Position numbers and translations under genes: made by a program | Notes under the pieces: generated by a model | What the model was told of the DNA's origin: nothing | Databases searched by the model: none | What the model saw: the letters and a program-made list of their open reading frames with translations, nothing else | Shown here: one piece after another, positions 19,897-29,711 of the stretch | How positions within the stretch are numbered: position 1 is the stretch's first letter | Layout: each line of letters starts with the position of its first letter | Source of the DNA: Polyangiales bacterium | Lineage (GTDB): Bacteria > Myxococcota_A > Polyangia > Polyangiales > Ga0077539 | Direction of reading: 5' to 3' | DNA: 64,000 nucleotides | Assembly: GCA_044229975.1 (NCBI GenBank) | Contig: JBGARZ010000012.1 | Location: 96,001 to 160,000, forward strand

Positions 19897-21009
19897 ATGC
19901 TCCCCCTCGCCAAGCTTGAATCCCTCGTCTATCGCGCCGAAGAGCTCGACCGGCTGCTGTGCGAGCCCGACGTCGCCAGCGACTCGCAGCGCTACCGCAA
20001 GCTCACCAAGGAGCGCGCCGACCTGGAGACCCTCGTCACCACCTTCGAGCGCTACAAGAAGCTCAAGAAGCAGCTCGACGACGACCGCGAGGCGCTCGCC
20101 GACCCGGAGCTGCGCGAGATGGTCGCCGAGGAGATTCCCGGCCTCGAAGCCGAGACCTCCACCCTCGAACGCGACCTCACCTTCATGCTCCTCCCCGCCG
20201 ACCCCAACGACGACAAGAACGTCATCGTCGAGATTCGCGCGGCCGAGGGTGGTGATGAAGCGACGCTCTTCGCGGGCGACCTCTTCCGCATGTACCTCCG
20301 CTACGCCGAGAAGAAGAAGTGGCGCGTCGAGGTGATGAGCGAGAGCAAGACCCTCGTCGGCGGCTTGAAGGAGGTCATCGCCCTCATCACCGGCGACCGC
20401 GTGTACAGCACCATGCGCTTCGAGGGCGGCGTTCATCGCGTGCAGCGCGTGCCGCAGACGGAGGCGCAGGGGCGCGTGCACACGTCGACGGCGACGGTGG
20501 CGGTGCTGCCCGAGGCCGAGGACGTCGAGGTGCAGCTCGACGAGGCCAAGGACCTCCAGATCAGCATCGCGGCGTCGGGCGGTCCGGGCGGTCAGGGCGT
20601 CAACACCACCAACAGCGCGGTGCAGATTCTCCACAAGCCCACCGGCATCATCGTGAAGTGTCAGGACGAGCGTTCGCAGATCAAGAACAAGTCCAAGGCG
20701 ATGAAGATCCTGAAGTCGCGGCTCCTCGACATGGAGCGCAAGAAGCAGGAGGACGCCATCAGCTCCGAGCGGCGCGGGATGGTGGGCAGCGGCGAGCGCG
20801 CAGAGAAGATCCGCACGTACAACTTCCCCCAGAACCGCATCAGCGATCACCGCATCCAGCTCACGCTCTACAAGCTCGACCGCTTCATCGACGGGGCACT
20901 CGAAGAGGTGATCGTCCCGCTGCGGACGCACCACCAGGCCGAGCGCCTGCGCCGCGAGCTGGGCATCGAGACGGGCATCGCGACGACGGGCGGCAGCAGC
21001 GACGACTGA
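19897..21009 (+). CDS. prfA: peptide chain release factor 1
   Basis: GGDEATLF, GVHRVQRVPQTE (PxT motif of RF1), GPGGQGVN, CQDERSQ, KIRTYNFPQNR; start at ATG 19897 (MLPLAKLE). Confidence 0.96.
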   Translation: MLPLAKLESLVYRAEELDRLLCEPDVASDSQRYRKLTKERADLETLVTTFERYKKLKKQLDDDREALADPELREMVAEEIPGLEAETSTLERDLTFMLLPADPNDDKNVIVEIRAAEGGDEATLFAGDLFRMYLRYAEKKKWRVEVMSESKTLVGGLKEVIALITGDRVYSTMRFEGGVHRVQRVPQTEAQGRVHTSTATVAVLPEAEDVEVQLDEAKDLQISIAASGGPGGQGVNTTNSAVQILHKPTGIIVKCQDERSQIKNKSKAMKILKSRLLDMERKKQEDAISSERRGMVGSGERAEKIRTYNFPQNRISDHRIQLTLYKLDRFIDGALEEVIVPLRTHHQAERLRRELGIETGIATTGGSSDD

Positions 21010-21080
21010 CCGACCGCGGGCACTCGTAGAGCCACGACTTGCCGGAGGCCTCGCTCGCCACGACCGCCATCGGAGGGGTT

Positions 21081-21202
21081 TGGCCGCAAGGGCGCAGGGG
21101 TCGCAAGGGCGAGACAGAGTGATCGAAGTCTTCCGATGCAGGACGAACGATGCGATCGCCCCGACCCTTCTCTCCCTTGCGACCCCTGCGCCCTTGCGGC
21201 CA
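21081..21202. repeat. REP/REPIN-like palindromic element, copy A
   Basis: 29-bp perfect inverted arms TGGCCGCAAGGGCGCAGGGGTCGCAAGGG (21081-21109) and its reverse complement (21174-21202), between convergent genes. Confidence 0.85.
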
Positions 21203-21268
21203 CTTCCTCCGACACGAAACCCGGAGTGAGCGTCGGGCAGCCGAAGACGTTCGATCGCGGCGCCCGTG

Positions 21269-23035
21269 TCAAGTCATCCCGGTCGCGCCGTCTGTCGGGA
21301 CGACCCAGATGCCCGCGACGCGGACCGACACACGCATCGCGAAGAGCCGGCGCGCGAAGAGCTCGAAGACCACCGGGTCGACCGCGTCGGCCTCGAAGGT
21401 CGCCGCGAGGTCCTGGACGCCGGGCGCCGGCGCGAAGGGCGTCGCGTCCGTCAGGGTGAGGTGGGCATCGGGCCCGCCGAGCCCCTGCGCCACGAGCTCC
21501 GTGCACGGCTCCCAGGAGAGCGCCGACGGAGAGAGTCCCGTCGGGTTGAACACAAACGCGCGCAGACGGCAGCGCACCAGACCGCGCACGGGACCCACCG
21601 GGAGCACCAGGGCACGCGTGTCCTCGCCGCTCGGGCCGTAGACCTCCTCGACGCAGATGCCACGGGCGTCTCGCGCCGAACGGTCCGCACCCGCCTTTAC
21701 GAGGAGGGTCGCGATCGCATCGCGCGCATGCTCGAAGGCGACGTGTAGCGGCCGCTGATCGAGGTACTCGCTCGATCGGTTGGCGTCGGCGCCTCTCGCG
21801 AGCAACAGCGCGACCATCTCGTCATGGCCGCCGTCGATGGCGCGATGCAGCGGCGGAAGGAAGTGGTCGCCGCCGTTGGGGTCGGCGCTGCGGTCGAGCA
21901 GCAGCGCGGCCACGTCGACGTCGCCGAGGCCGGCGGCGTAATGCAATGGACGCATGCGGTTCGACTCCGCGCGGTTGACGGACGCGCCCTCGGCGACAAG
22001 CACGCGCACCAGCTCGATGCTCCGCCTCTCCACGGCGCTGAAGAGGGCGGTCTGACCGTTCACGCTCGCCGCGTCCGCGCTCGCGCCTGCTTCGAGCAGC
22101 GCGACGACGATCTCCACCGGCGCTCCGTACGAGATCGCGCGCGAGATCGCCTGTCCGTAGTACTCCCTGGCGTTGGGCGAGGCGCCCGCGGCGAGCAGCG
22201 CGCGCAGGGCAGCCAGGCGTCCTCCCTTCGCCGCTTCGATGAGCGCGGCGTCGAGCACCTCCCGCGGCCGACCGCGAGCCGCCACGTCGGCGAGCAGCTC
22301 CGCGAGTCGCGCGAGGTTGCCGTCGCCCGCGCGCTCGGAGAGCGCCTTGTCGAGCTGCCGATCGGTGAGCCTCCGCGCCTTCGCCGGTGCCTTGGCGGGC
22401 GCTTCGAGCGCGGCGTGTACGACGCTCCCGGGAGCGGGGCCGTCGACCGCGCGCGTCGGCCTCCCAGGGTCATCGATCGACCACGGCCGCTTGCGCCCGA
22501 AGAGGCGCTTGTTCGCGGCCTGCAGCGCCTGCTTCGCGCCCGCCGCGGTGAGGTCGAGCTGCGCCGCGAGCCACGCGTCGAAGCCGGGCGCCTCGACGCC
22601 GAGCTCGGGCAGGTCGTCGTGGTCGATGCCGATCACGGGGTACTCGCCGACCTCGTCGGGGTCGCCGAGGTAGAGGAAGCGCGCCGAATCACTGCCCGCG
22701 TCGAGCGGCAGCGCGTTGCCCGCGAAGCGATCGAGGATGGATTCGAAGCCCTCGGCCATGGGCCCCGCGTGGTCGACCACGAGCGCGGCGAGCGGGCGCG
22801 CGAGCAGGCGGCCCTCCGCGTCGAACCACCCGTACTCGCGCTTCATCCAGCCGACGTCGACCTGGAAGAGCGCGGCCATGGTCGGTGAGAGCGCGACGCC
22901 CGCGGCCTCTTCCGCCGCGCGAATGCCCGCGGCGTCGAGGGGCTCCGGCTCGCCGATCGGGGATCGCTCGCCGCGCAGCGCGTCCACGATCGACCCGATG
23001 AGGGCGGGGCCGCGCTCGGCGCGCTTGCGGGCCAT
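21269..23035 (-). CDS. SMI1/KNR4-like domain plus ankyrin repeats
   Basis: N-terminus GIRAAEEAAGVALSP...LYLGDPDEVGEYPVIGIDHDD; ankyrin repeats GQTALFSAV, RPLHYAA, PPLHRAI, RPLHVAF. Start set at MARKRAE. Confidence 0.78.
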   Translation of the reverse strand: MARKRAERGPALIGSIVDALRGERSPIGEPEPLDAAGIRAAEEAAGVALSPTMAALFQVDVGWMKREYGWFDAEGRLLARPLAALVVDHAGPMAEGFESILDRFAGNALPLDAGSDSARFLYLGDPDEVGEYPVIGIDHDDLPELGVEAPGFDAWLAAQLDLTAAGAKQALQAANKRLFGRKRPWSIDDPGRPTRAVDGPAPGSVVHAALEAPAKAPAKARRLTDRQLDKALSERAGDGNLARLAELLADVAARGRPREVLDAALIEAAKGGRLAALRALLAAGASPNAREYYGQAISRAISYGAPVEIVVALLEAGASADAASVNGQTALFSAVERRSIELVRVLVAEGASVNRAESNRMRPLHYAAGLGDVDVAALLLDRSADPNGGDHFLPPLHRAIDGGHDEMVALLLARGADANRSSEYLDQRPLHVAFEHARDAIATLLVKAGADRSARDARGICVEEVYGPSGEDTRALVLPVGPVRGLVRCRLRAFVFNPTGLSPSALSWEPCTELVAQGLGGPDAHLTLTDATPFAPAPGVQDLAATFEADAVDPVVFELFARRLFAMRVSVRVAGIWVVPTDGATGMT

Positions 23036-23195
23036 GCGGCGGACGGTACTACGTGCGCGATCGGGTTTCGGACGCTCCGCACTCGAACACGCCTGGAACG
23101 ACGAGAGGCCTCTGATGGACACGGAAGCCCGCTCCCGCGCGTCGCGCCCGTTGCCGCATCGCCCGGGCGCGCAGCTATGCTCTCGCACCCACACC

Positions 23196-24467
23196 ATGGA
23201 ACGCCCCTCCGTCCACCCGACCTCCCTCCGCCCGCCGCGCGCCCAGTGCCTCGCCGTCGTGATGGTGGGCCTGCCCGCCCGCGGCAAGACGTACATCGCC
23301 CGGCGCCTCGCGCGGTACCTGTCCTGGTTGGGCTACCAGACGCGGGTGTTCAACGTCGGCGCCTACCGTCGCCAGAAGATGGGCAGCGGGTCGACGCACG
23401 AGTTCTTCGACTCGCACAACGTGGAGGGCGAGGCCGCGCGGCGCTCGCTCGCGCGCGAGGCCATGGAGGACATGCTCGGGTGGTTTCGCGGCGGCGGCGA
23501 GGTGGCCATCTACGACGCCACCAACCACACGCGCGACCGGCGGACGATGGTGCGCCAGGGGTGCGAGAAGGCGGGCGTTCCGGTGCTGTTCGTGGAGTCG
23601 ATCTGCGACGACGCGGAGATCATCGCGAGCACCATCCGCGAGATCAAACTGAACTCCCCGGACTACGTCGGCGTCGACCCCGACGCTGCGGTGCACGACT
23701 TCAGCGCGCGCATCGCCCACTACGAAGACCGCTACGAGACCCTCGACGCGAGCGACGGGTCGTTCGTGAAGCTGATCAACGTGGGCCACGAGCTGGTGCT
23801 GCACGACCTGCGGGGCGACCTGCCGGGGCGCCTCGTGCGGGTGCTGATGAACCTGCACATCGTCCCGCGGCCGGTGTGGCTGACGCGGCACGGGGAGAGC
23901 GCGTGCAACGTCGACGGGCGGGTGGGCGGCGACCCCGAGCTGACGCCGCGGGGCGAGCGCTTCGCGGTGCGGCTGACGGACTTCTTCAACGAGCACGTGC
24001 AGGCGGGCGACGACGTGAAGGTGTGGACGAGCACGCTACGGCGGGCGACGCAGACGGCGCGGCACCTGCCGGCGTGCCCGGAGTCTTGGCGGGCGCTCGA
24101 CGAGATCGACGCAGGGGTGTTCGACGGGATGACCTACGCGGAGATCAAGGCCGAGCACCCCGACGAGTACGCGCGGCGGCAGCGCGACAAGCTGGGCTAC
24201 CGGTACCCGCGCGGGGAGTCGTACGAGGACGTCATCCAGCGGCTGGAGCCGGTGATCATCGAGCTCGAACGCCAGCGCTCGCCGACGCTGGTGGTCACGC
24301 ACCGCGCGGTGCTGCGGTGCCTCTACGCGTACTTCATGGACCGCGCGCCGAAGGACTGCACGCGGCTGGATGTTCCGCTGCACACGGTGATCGCGCTGAC
24401 GCCCAACGCGTACGGCTGCGACGAGGAGCGCATTCCCCTCGCCGACCCGGTGGTCGAGGCGGGGTAG
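23196..24467 (+). CDS. bifunctional 6-phosphofructo-2-kinase/fructose-2,6-bisphosphatase (eukaryote-type architecture)
   Basis: Kinase: VMVGLPARGKTYI, FNVGAYRR, YDATN.T..RR, VESICDD, SPDY. Histidine phosphatase: WLTRHGES, WTSTLRRA.QT, LDEIDAG, YRYPRGESYED, VVTH.AVLRCL. Confidence 0.93.
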   Translation: MERPSVHPTSLRPPRAQCLAVVMVGLPARGKTYIARRLARYLSWLGYQTRVFNVGAYRRQKMGSGSTHEFFDSHNVEGEAARRSLAREAMEDMLGWFRGGGEVAIYDATNHTRDRRTMVRQGCEKAGVPVLFVESICDDAEIIASTIREIKLNSPDYVGVDPDAAVHDFSARIAHYEDRYETLDASDGSFVKLINVGHELVLHDLRGDLPGRLVRVLMNLHIVPRPVWLTRHGESACNVDGRVGGDPELTPRGERFAVRLTDFFNEHVQAGDDVKVWTSTLRRATQTARHLPACPESWRALDEIDAGVFDGMTYAEIKAEHPDEYARRQRDKLGYRYPRGESYEDVIQRLEPVIIELERQRSPTLVVTHRAVLRCLYAYFMDRAPKDCTRLDVPLHTVIALTPNAYGCDEERIPLADPVVEAG

Positions 24468-24468
24468 A

Positions 24469-25254
24469 TCACCCCACCACCGGCCAGCGCCGCTCCGCGT
24501 ACAGCGCCGTCAGCCGCGCGCTCATCCGCGCCTCCACCGCCGCCGCAAGCCCGTCCGCGTCGTCATACGCTGCCGGCTCCACCGCCTCGCCAAACTCCAC
24601 CGTCACCTTCGCGGGCAATGGCACGTACGGCAGGTACCCCGCCGGCCCGATGCACAGCCCCCACGGCAGCGCGAGCGTCACCGGAAACCCGTTGTACTTC
24701 AGCCACTTCACCAGCCCCAACCGCCGCGCCATCTCCCTGCCCTGATGCAGCACCACGAAGCCCTCGTGCCCGCCCGCGTTGACCACCGGCACGATGGGAA
24801 CCCCCACCTCCCGCGCCAGCCGCGCGTACCCCTTGCGGCCGTCGAAGCACAGCTCCTTGCGCTTGCTCCACGGCCGCAGCGAGTCGATGTCTCCACCCGG
24901 AAACACCAGCACCTTCGCGCCCGACCTCAGCGCCGCCGCCGCCTCGCCCGGGTTGGCCGGGACGATGCCCAGCTTTCGCACCAGCGGCGTCAGCCCGAGC
25001 TGATCGAAGAAGAACGAGTGCGCCAGCACGTACACCGGCTCGCTCATCCCGCGCTCGCGGTACCACTTGATCAAGAACAACCCGTCCACCGCGTTGGCCC
25101 CGCCGTTGTGGTTGCCCACCAGCAACGCCGCCCCATGCGGAACCCGCTCCATCCCCCGCACGTCGAGCCGATGCCACGCCGCTTGCGCCGACATCACCCT
25201 GCTCGCGAGCTCGACCCACCGCGCGTCGATCGGAACCATCGCCCTCCCCCTCAC
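24469..25254 (-). CDS. lysophospholipid/diacylglycerol acyltransferase family protein
   Basis: LLVGNHNGG...D, LVFPGG, RKGYARLA, VPIVPV motifs. Confidence 0.88.
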   Translation of the reverse strand: MRGRAMVPIDARWVELASRVMSAQAAWHRLDVRGMERVPHGAALLVGNHNGGANAVDGLFLIKWYRERGMSEPVYVLAHSFFFDQLGLTPLVRKLGIVPANPGEAAAALRSGAKVLVFPGGDIDSLRPWSKRKELCFDGRKGYARLAREVGVPIVPVVNAGGHEGFVVLHQGREMARRLGLVKWLKYNGFPVTLALPWGLCIGPAGYLPYVPLPAKVTVEFGEAVEPAAYDDADGLAAAVEARMSARLTALYAERRWPVVG

Positions 25255-27041
25255 CGCGCCCGCAGGTAGCGGCCCATCCAGTACGCGAGCCGCAGGTCGA
25301 CGCCCGGCAGGAGGTTGCGACCCGTCCCACCGCCGTTGGGTCGGTAGGGGTCGCTGCGCCAGAAGAAGTTGCTCGGCGGACGAATGCGCATCGGCACCGG
25401 AACCGTCGCCACCACCGAATCCCCCCGCCCCGACGTCGCCGAGATGGGCAGCACCGTCCCGTCGTCACCCACGCAATTGCGCGACGCGATCTCCGCCTCG
25501 TCGCAGTTGGTCCGCGGCGTCTCCCAGAAGGGCGCGTCGGGGAATTCCCGCAGCGTTCCGGTGGCGCGCATCAGCGCTGTTGCGTCGAGGTCGGCCGCGG
25601 TGACGTCCCTCCACGCCGTAGCCCGCCCCGTCGCGGCGATGGCCACAAAGTCGAAGAAGCTCTGCCCCATCTCCGCCGGCTGCCGCGGCATGCCCGGCGT
25701 GTTGTAGAGCCCCGTCAACGTCCCGGTGCGGACGGCCTCGCGAGCCGCGTCGTCGCAGAGGTAGCGACCCGCCAGCCACGCGCCCGAGAAGGCCATGTTG
25801 TAGTTGGAGAAGTTGGTCACCTCGCCCGCGTCGACGAGGCCCACGCGATCACGAACGACCCCCGGCAGGTCGCGCCGCCGGATGAGGTCGTTGTGCAGCC
25901 AGTCGGCGAGCATCGGGTCTTCCGAGATGCGCACCAGCGCCGCCACGATGCCCAGCGACATCACCGCGTGCTGCCCGTTGGCGCGAAAGTTCGGGATGTA
26001 CGCGCGGTCGACGGCGCTCTCGCTCAGCAGCCCGTTGTAGGTCACCCGACCATCCGCGTCGTGGATCTCCAGGTCGTACCCGCGATCGCTCACCCGCCGC
26101 AGGCTCTGCCCGATGGCCAGCGCGTCGGCCCGCAGCGACGCGAGCCTCGCCGCATCGACCGTGCTGTCACCGCGCGACACCTCCCACGCCGCCGCCATGC
26201 CCATCACCCAGCCGATGAGCATGTCGCGGCTGACCGAGTCCTCCCAGACATAGTTGGCCGGTCCCGCCGCCGCGGGCTCGCGCCACGTGCCGTTGGTCTT
26301 CTCCAACGGCAACGGTCGACCCATCGCGTCGAAGAGCGGAACCGTCGTCACCTCCGCCGCCGCCGGGATGTCCCGCCGCTGGTAGCCACGCGCGATCACC
26401 CCCGGCGCACCCGTGATGGTCACCGCCCGGTGCATGCCGTCGAGGGCGGCTTGGAGGTGTTCTCTGGCGCGCGTCACCTCGTCGCACGCGGCGCCCTCGT
26501 CGCGCAGCACCGCGTACCGATACGCGTCGGCCACGACCCCGGCCCCAGCGTAGGCGCCCGCGACCTTGGTCCAACGGAAGCGCGTCGACGGAGCGCCGCC
26601 CGCCGCCGCGGTGAAGTCCCAGGTGTCCTCGTCGCGGAGAAAGCGCCCGAGCCGCATCATGGTGTCGTCGTCGTTGGCGACGGCCTCGCTGTTGACCCCG
26701 GTGTAGAGCGCGTGCACGGCGTGAAACACCCGGTCGAAGCGCCGCGCCTTGGCGTCGAGCGCGGCGTCGGCCGCGAGGATGCCGCCGCGGGCCTGGGCGG
26801 TTCCGCACGCGGGCGCCGGGCGCGCGACGAAGGCCGGGCAGGCAGGCGGCGTCGTGCGAACGAAGACGTCCTCCACGACGACGACGTCCTCGGTCACGGC
26901 GGCGTCGTCGGGCGTTGCGGAGTCGCTCGGCGAGACGGTGATGTCCGTGGCAACAGGGACGTCAACGGCGGCGTCAGGGGCCGCCGGAGTCGCGTCGCAA
27001 TGGAGGGAGAGCAGCGAGAGCGCGAGTGCGTAGCGGCGCAT
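25251..27041 (-). CDS. hypothetical lipoprotein (helical enzyme-like domain)
   Basis: Signal/lipobox LSLHC, acidic Pro-rich linker, long host-codon ORF with GVIARG, WEDSVSRD, FFWRSDPY, PGVDLRLAYWMGRY; family not recognised. Confidence 0.7.
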   Translation of the reverse strand: MRRYALALSLLSLHCDATPAAPDAAVDVPVATDITVSPSDSATPDDAAVTEDVVVVEDVFVRTTPPACPAFVARPAPACGTAQARGGILAADAALDAKARRFDRVFHAVHALYTGVNSEAVANDDDTMMRLGRFLRDEDTWDFTAAAGGAPSTRFRWTKVAGAYAGAGVVADAYRYAVLRDEGAACDEVTRAREHLQAALDGMHRAVTITGAPGVIARGYQRRDIPAAAEVTTVPLFDAMGRPLPLEKTNGTWREPAAAGPANYVWEDSVSRDMLIGWVMGMAAAWEVSRGDSTVDAARLASLRADALAIGQSLRRVSDRGYDLEIHDADGRVTYNGLLSESAVDRAYIPNFRANGQHAVMSLGIVAALVRISEDPMLADWLHNDLIRRRDLPGVVRDRVGLVDAGEVTNFSNYNMAFSGAWLAGRYLCDDAAREAVRTGTLTGLYNTPGMPRQPAEMGQSFFDFVAIAATGRATAWRDVTAADLDATALMRATGTLREFPDAPFWETPRTNCDEAEIASRNCVGDDGTVLPISATSGRGDSVVATVPVPMRIRPPSNFFWRSDPYRPNGGGTGRNLLPGVDLRLAYWMGRYLRAR

Positions 27042-27136
27042 GGCGCGGGAGGGTACGCGACGTCTGATGACCACGGAAGGCTGTCGGGCTTATGGTCCGC
27101 GGGGCAAACCTCCCCACCGTGAAGGTCCTCGCTTCT

Positions 27137-27871
27137 ATGTTCAATGGCATCGAACACCCCAACACCTGGCTGGCGCTCGCCTCGCTCGTCGCCATGGAGA
27201 TCGTCCTCGGCGTCGACAACATCGTGTTCATCTCGGTGCTCACGGGTCGGCTCCCGCCCGAGCAGCGCAAGAAGGTCACGCACCTCGGCATCGGGCTCGC
27301 TCTGGTGATGCGCATCGGGCTCTTGTTCGCGATCTCGTGGGTGCTCGGCCTCACGCGCCCGCTCTTCACCCTCGCGGGCGTCGCCGTGAGCGGCAAGCAG
27401 CTCGTGCTGGGCCTCGGCGGCTTCTTCCTCGTGGGCAAGGCGACGGTGGAGATTCACCGCAAGGTCGAAGGGCACCTCGAAGAAGACCCCAAGGCGCCAG
27501 CGGCCGCGACGTCCACGCGCTCGCTCGTCGCGCAGGTGGTGCTGCTCGACATGGTGTTCTCCATCGACTCGGTCATCACGGCGGTGGGAATGGTTCCGCC
27601 CGAGCAGATCTGGGTGATGGTGGTGGCCGTGCTCGCGGCCGTCGCCACGATGCTGGTCTTCGCAGGGCCCGTCGCGCGCTTCGTCGAGCGGCACGCCACG
27701 GTGAAGGTGCTGGCCCTCGCGTTTCTCATCCTCATCGGGGTGATGCTGCTGGCCGAGGCCGTCGGTCGTCACATCCCCAAGGCGTACATCTACGCGCCCA
27801 TGGCCTTCGCGCTCGGCGTCGAGCTGCTCAACCTCCGCATGCGAGGCCGCGCCCGCGCGAAGACCGGCTAA
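27137..27871 (+). CDS. TerC family membrane protein
   Basis: MEIVLGVDNIVFI, LVGKATVEIH, LLDMVFSIDSVITAVG, KVLALAFLILIG, IPKAYIY. Confidence 0.93.
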   Translation: MFNGIEHPNTWLALASLVAMEIVLGVDNIVFISVLTGRLPPEQRKKVTHLGIGLALVMRIGLLFAISWVLGLTRPLFTLAGVAVSGKQLVLGLGGFFLVGKATVEIHRKVEGHLEEDPKAPAAATSTRSLVAQVVLLDMVFSIDSVITAVGMVPPEQIWVMVVAVLAAVATMLVFAGPVARFVERHATVKVLALAFLILIGVMLLAEAVGRHIPKAYIYAPMAFALGVELLNLRMRGRARAKTG

Positions 27872-27883
27872 CGGGGCGACGGA

Positions 27884-29608
27884 CTACAGGTCCGTCGACA
27901 GGCCGTCCCAGGCGAAGAGGCGCTCGTTGGGCGAAGCGAGGGACATGCGCAGCAGGTCGACCTCGGCGCGCGTCGCGAGCGACTGCCCTGCGAGGAAGCT
28001 CAACAACGCCTGAACGGGCGGAGCGGGCTCTGGGGGTTCGATCGTTCCGCGCGGCGGGGCGATGATGACGGGCCGGTCGGCGAGCTTCGTGTTCGCGAGC
28101 GAGCGCACCCGCTCGATGGCCACGTCCAGGCCGCCGAGGTGGTCGACCAGACCGAGCGCGTGCGCGTCGACGCCCGCGTACACCCGGCCGCGCGCCAGCG
28201 GCTCGATCTCGCTGAAGTCCCGCTTGCGGCCGCGCGCCACGATGCCGACGAAGTCGTTGTATGAGCCATCGATCTCGCGGTTGAAGGCCGCGCGCTCCTC
28301 TTCGCTCCACCCGCGGAAGGGCGACAGCATGTCGGCGCGCTCACCGCGGCGGATCACCTCGTGGTTGAGCCCGAGCTTCTCCAGCAGCCGCGACGCGAGC
28401 AGCCGCATCGCGATGACCCCGATGGAGCCCGTCACCGTCAACGGCTGGGCGATGATCTCCTGCGCGAGCGCGGCGACGTAGTACCCGCCGCTCGCGGCGA
28501 CGTCGGAGAAGTACGCCACCACGGGCTTCTTCTCCCGGAGCCGCTCGACCTCGTGCGAGATCATGTCGCTGCCGAGCGCGCTGCCGCCGCGCGAGTCGAC
28601 GTAGAGCACCACCGCGCCCACCCGCGGGTTGGCCCGCGCCACGCGGATGGCCGCCCCCACGCGCCGCGCGTCGGCCACGCCGCTCACGCTCGACTGCGAC
28701 GACGACACGATGGCGCCGCGCACCTCGATGACCCCGACGCGGGGCGCGCCGCTCACGCCCTCGAAGCGCATCACCCGGCTCAGCGCGAGGTACATCGCCG
28801 CCTTCACCAGCTTGGGGCTCGTCGTCGGCGTGAGGTGCGCGGGCAGCTCGTCTTCGTAGGCGAGCGCGTCGATGAGACCCTCGCGCACGGCGTCGGACGC
28901 GCGGTACGGGCTGCTCTCCACCATCGCCCGCGCGCGGTTATCGTCGACCTTGCGACCGTCCGCGATGGCCCCGAGCAGCGCCTTGTGCAGCCGATCGAGG
29001 AGGGCTTCGAGCTGCACGCGGTTGGGCTCCGAGAACCCGTCGCGACTGAACTGCTCGGCCGCGCTCTTGAACTCCTTGCGCGCGTACACCTCGGCTTCGA
29101 GGCCGCCGCGTTCGAGCAGGGCGCGCACGAAGGTGGTCTGCGCCGCGTACCCGAGCGGGCCGAGCGACGACTGCGGCGTCGCGAGGACGGTGTCGGCCGC
29201 GAGCGCGACGAAGTACTCCCGCGTCGTCGCGCCGTCGGGCAGCCACGCGACCACCTTCTTGCCCGCCGCGCGCAGCCCGAGGATCACCTCGCGCAACCCC
29301 GTCGCCACCGCGCTGCCGCACTCCAGCGCCTCGACGCGGAGGAGCACCCCATCGACGTTGCCGTCGGCCGCGATGGCCTCGGCGAGTTCGCGCAGCACCG
29401 TGAGCGTGAGCACCGGCTTCGGGGCGGCGCCGCGCAGGATGATCTGCATGGGGTGCGCGAAGCGTGAGAAGGGTCGCTCGATCTCGGTGACGGGACCGCC
29501 GAGGGTGAGGGTGATCCAGGTGCCTCGCGGGGCGAGGGCCGCGCGGCGCGCCGCGGACAAGGGGTAGAGCGCAGCGCGGAGGGAGTTGGAGAAGATGGAG
29601 CTGATCAT
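27884..29608 (-). CDS. sppA: signal peptide peptidase SppA (long form, S49)
   Basis: FKSAAEQF, VDSRGGSALGS, VAASGGYY, TGSIGV, RGRVYAG..A..LGLVDHLGG. Confidence 0.9.
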   Translation of the reverse strand: MISSIFSNSLRAALYPLSAARRAALAPRGTWITLTLGGPVTEIERPFSRFAHPMQIILRGAAPKPVLTLTVLRELAEAIAADGNVDGVLLRVEALECGSAVATGLREVILGLRAAGKKVVAWLPDGATTREYFVALAADTVLATPQSSLGPLGYAAQTTFVRALLERGGLEAEVYARKEFKSAAEQFSRDGFSEPNRVQLEALLDRLHKALLGAIADGRKVDDNRARAMVESSPYRASDAVREGLIDALAYEDELPAHLTPTTSPKLVKAAMYLALSRVMRFEGVSGAPRVGVIEVRGAIVSSSQSSVSGVADARRVGAAIRVARANPRVGAVVLYVDSRGGSALGSDMISHEVERLREKKPVVAYFSDVAASGGYYVAALAQEIIAQPLTVTGSIGVIAMRLLASRLLEKLGLNHEVIRRGERADMLSPFRGWSEEERAAFNREIDGSYNDFVGIVARGRKRDFSEIEPLARGRVYAGVDAHALGLVDHLGGLDVAIERVRSLANTKLADRPVIIAPPRGTIEPPEPAPPVQALLSFLAGQSLATRAEVDLLRMSLASPNERLFAWDGLSTDL

Positions 29609-29649
29609 CGCGGCGGAAGCTAGTACCCGCGGCGGGTGGCGTCGACGGC

Positions 29650-29711
29650 GGGGACGGTTTCAGCTTTTCACCGTTGTGCGCGTGACAACGTGAAAAGCTG
29701 AAACCGTCCCC
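29650..29711. repeat. 22-bp perfect inverted repeat in the sppA / Y-RNA divergent intergenic region
   Basis: GGGGACGGTTTCAGCTTTTCAC (29650-29671) and GTGAAAAGCTGAAACCGTCCCC (29690-29711), with an inner GTTGT/ACAAC stem. Confidence 0.85.

Noticed and set aside
19897..21009. Programmed frameshift as in prfB
   Set aside because: The ORF is continuous and carries the RF1 PxT motif, so it is prfA.
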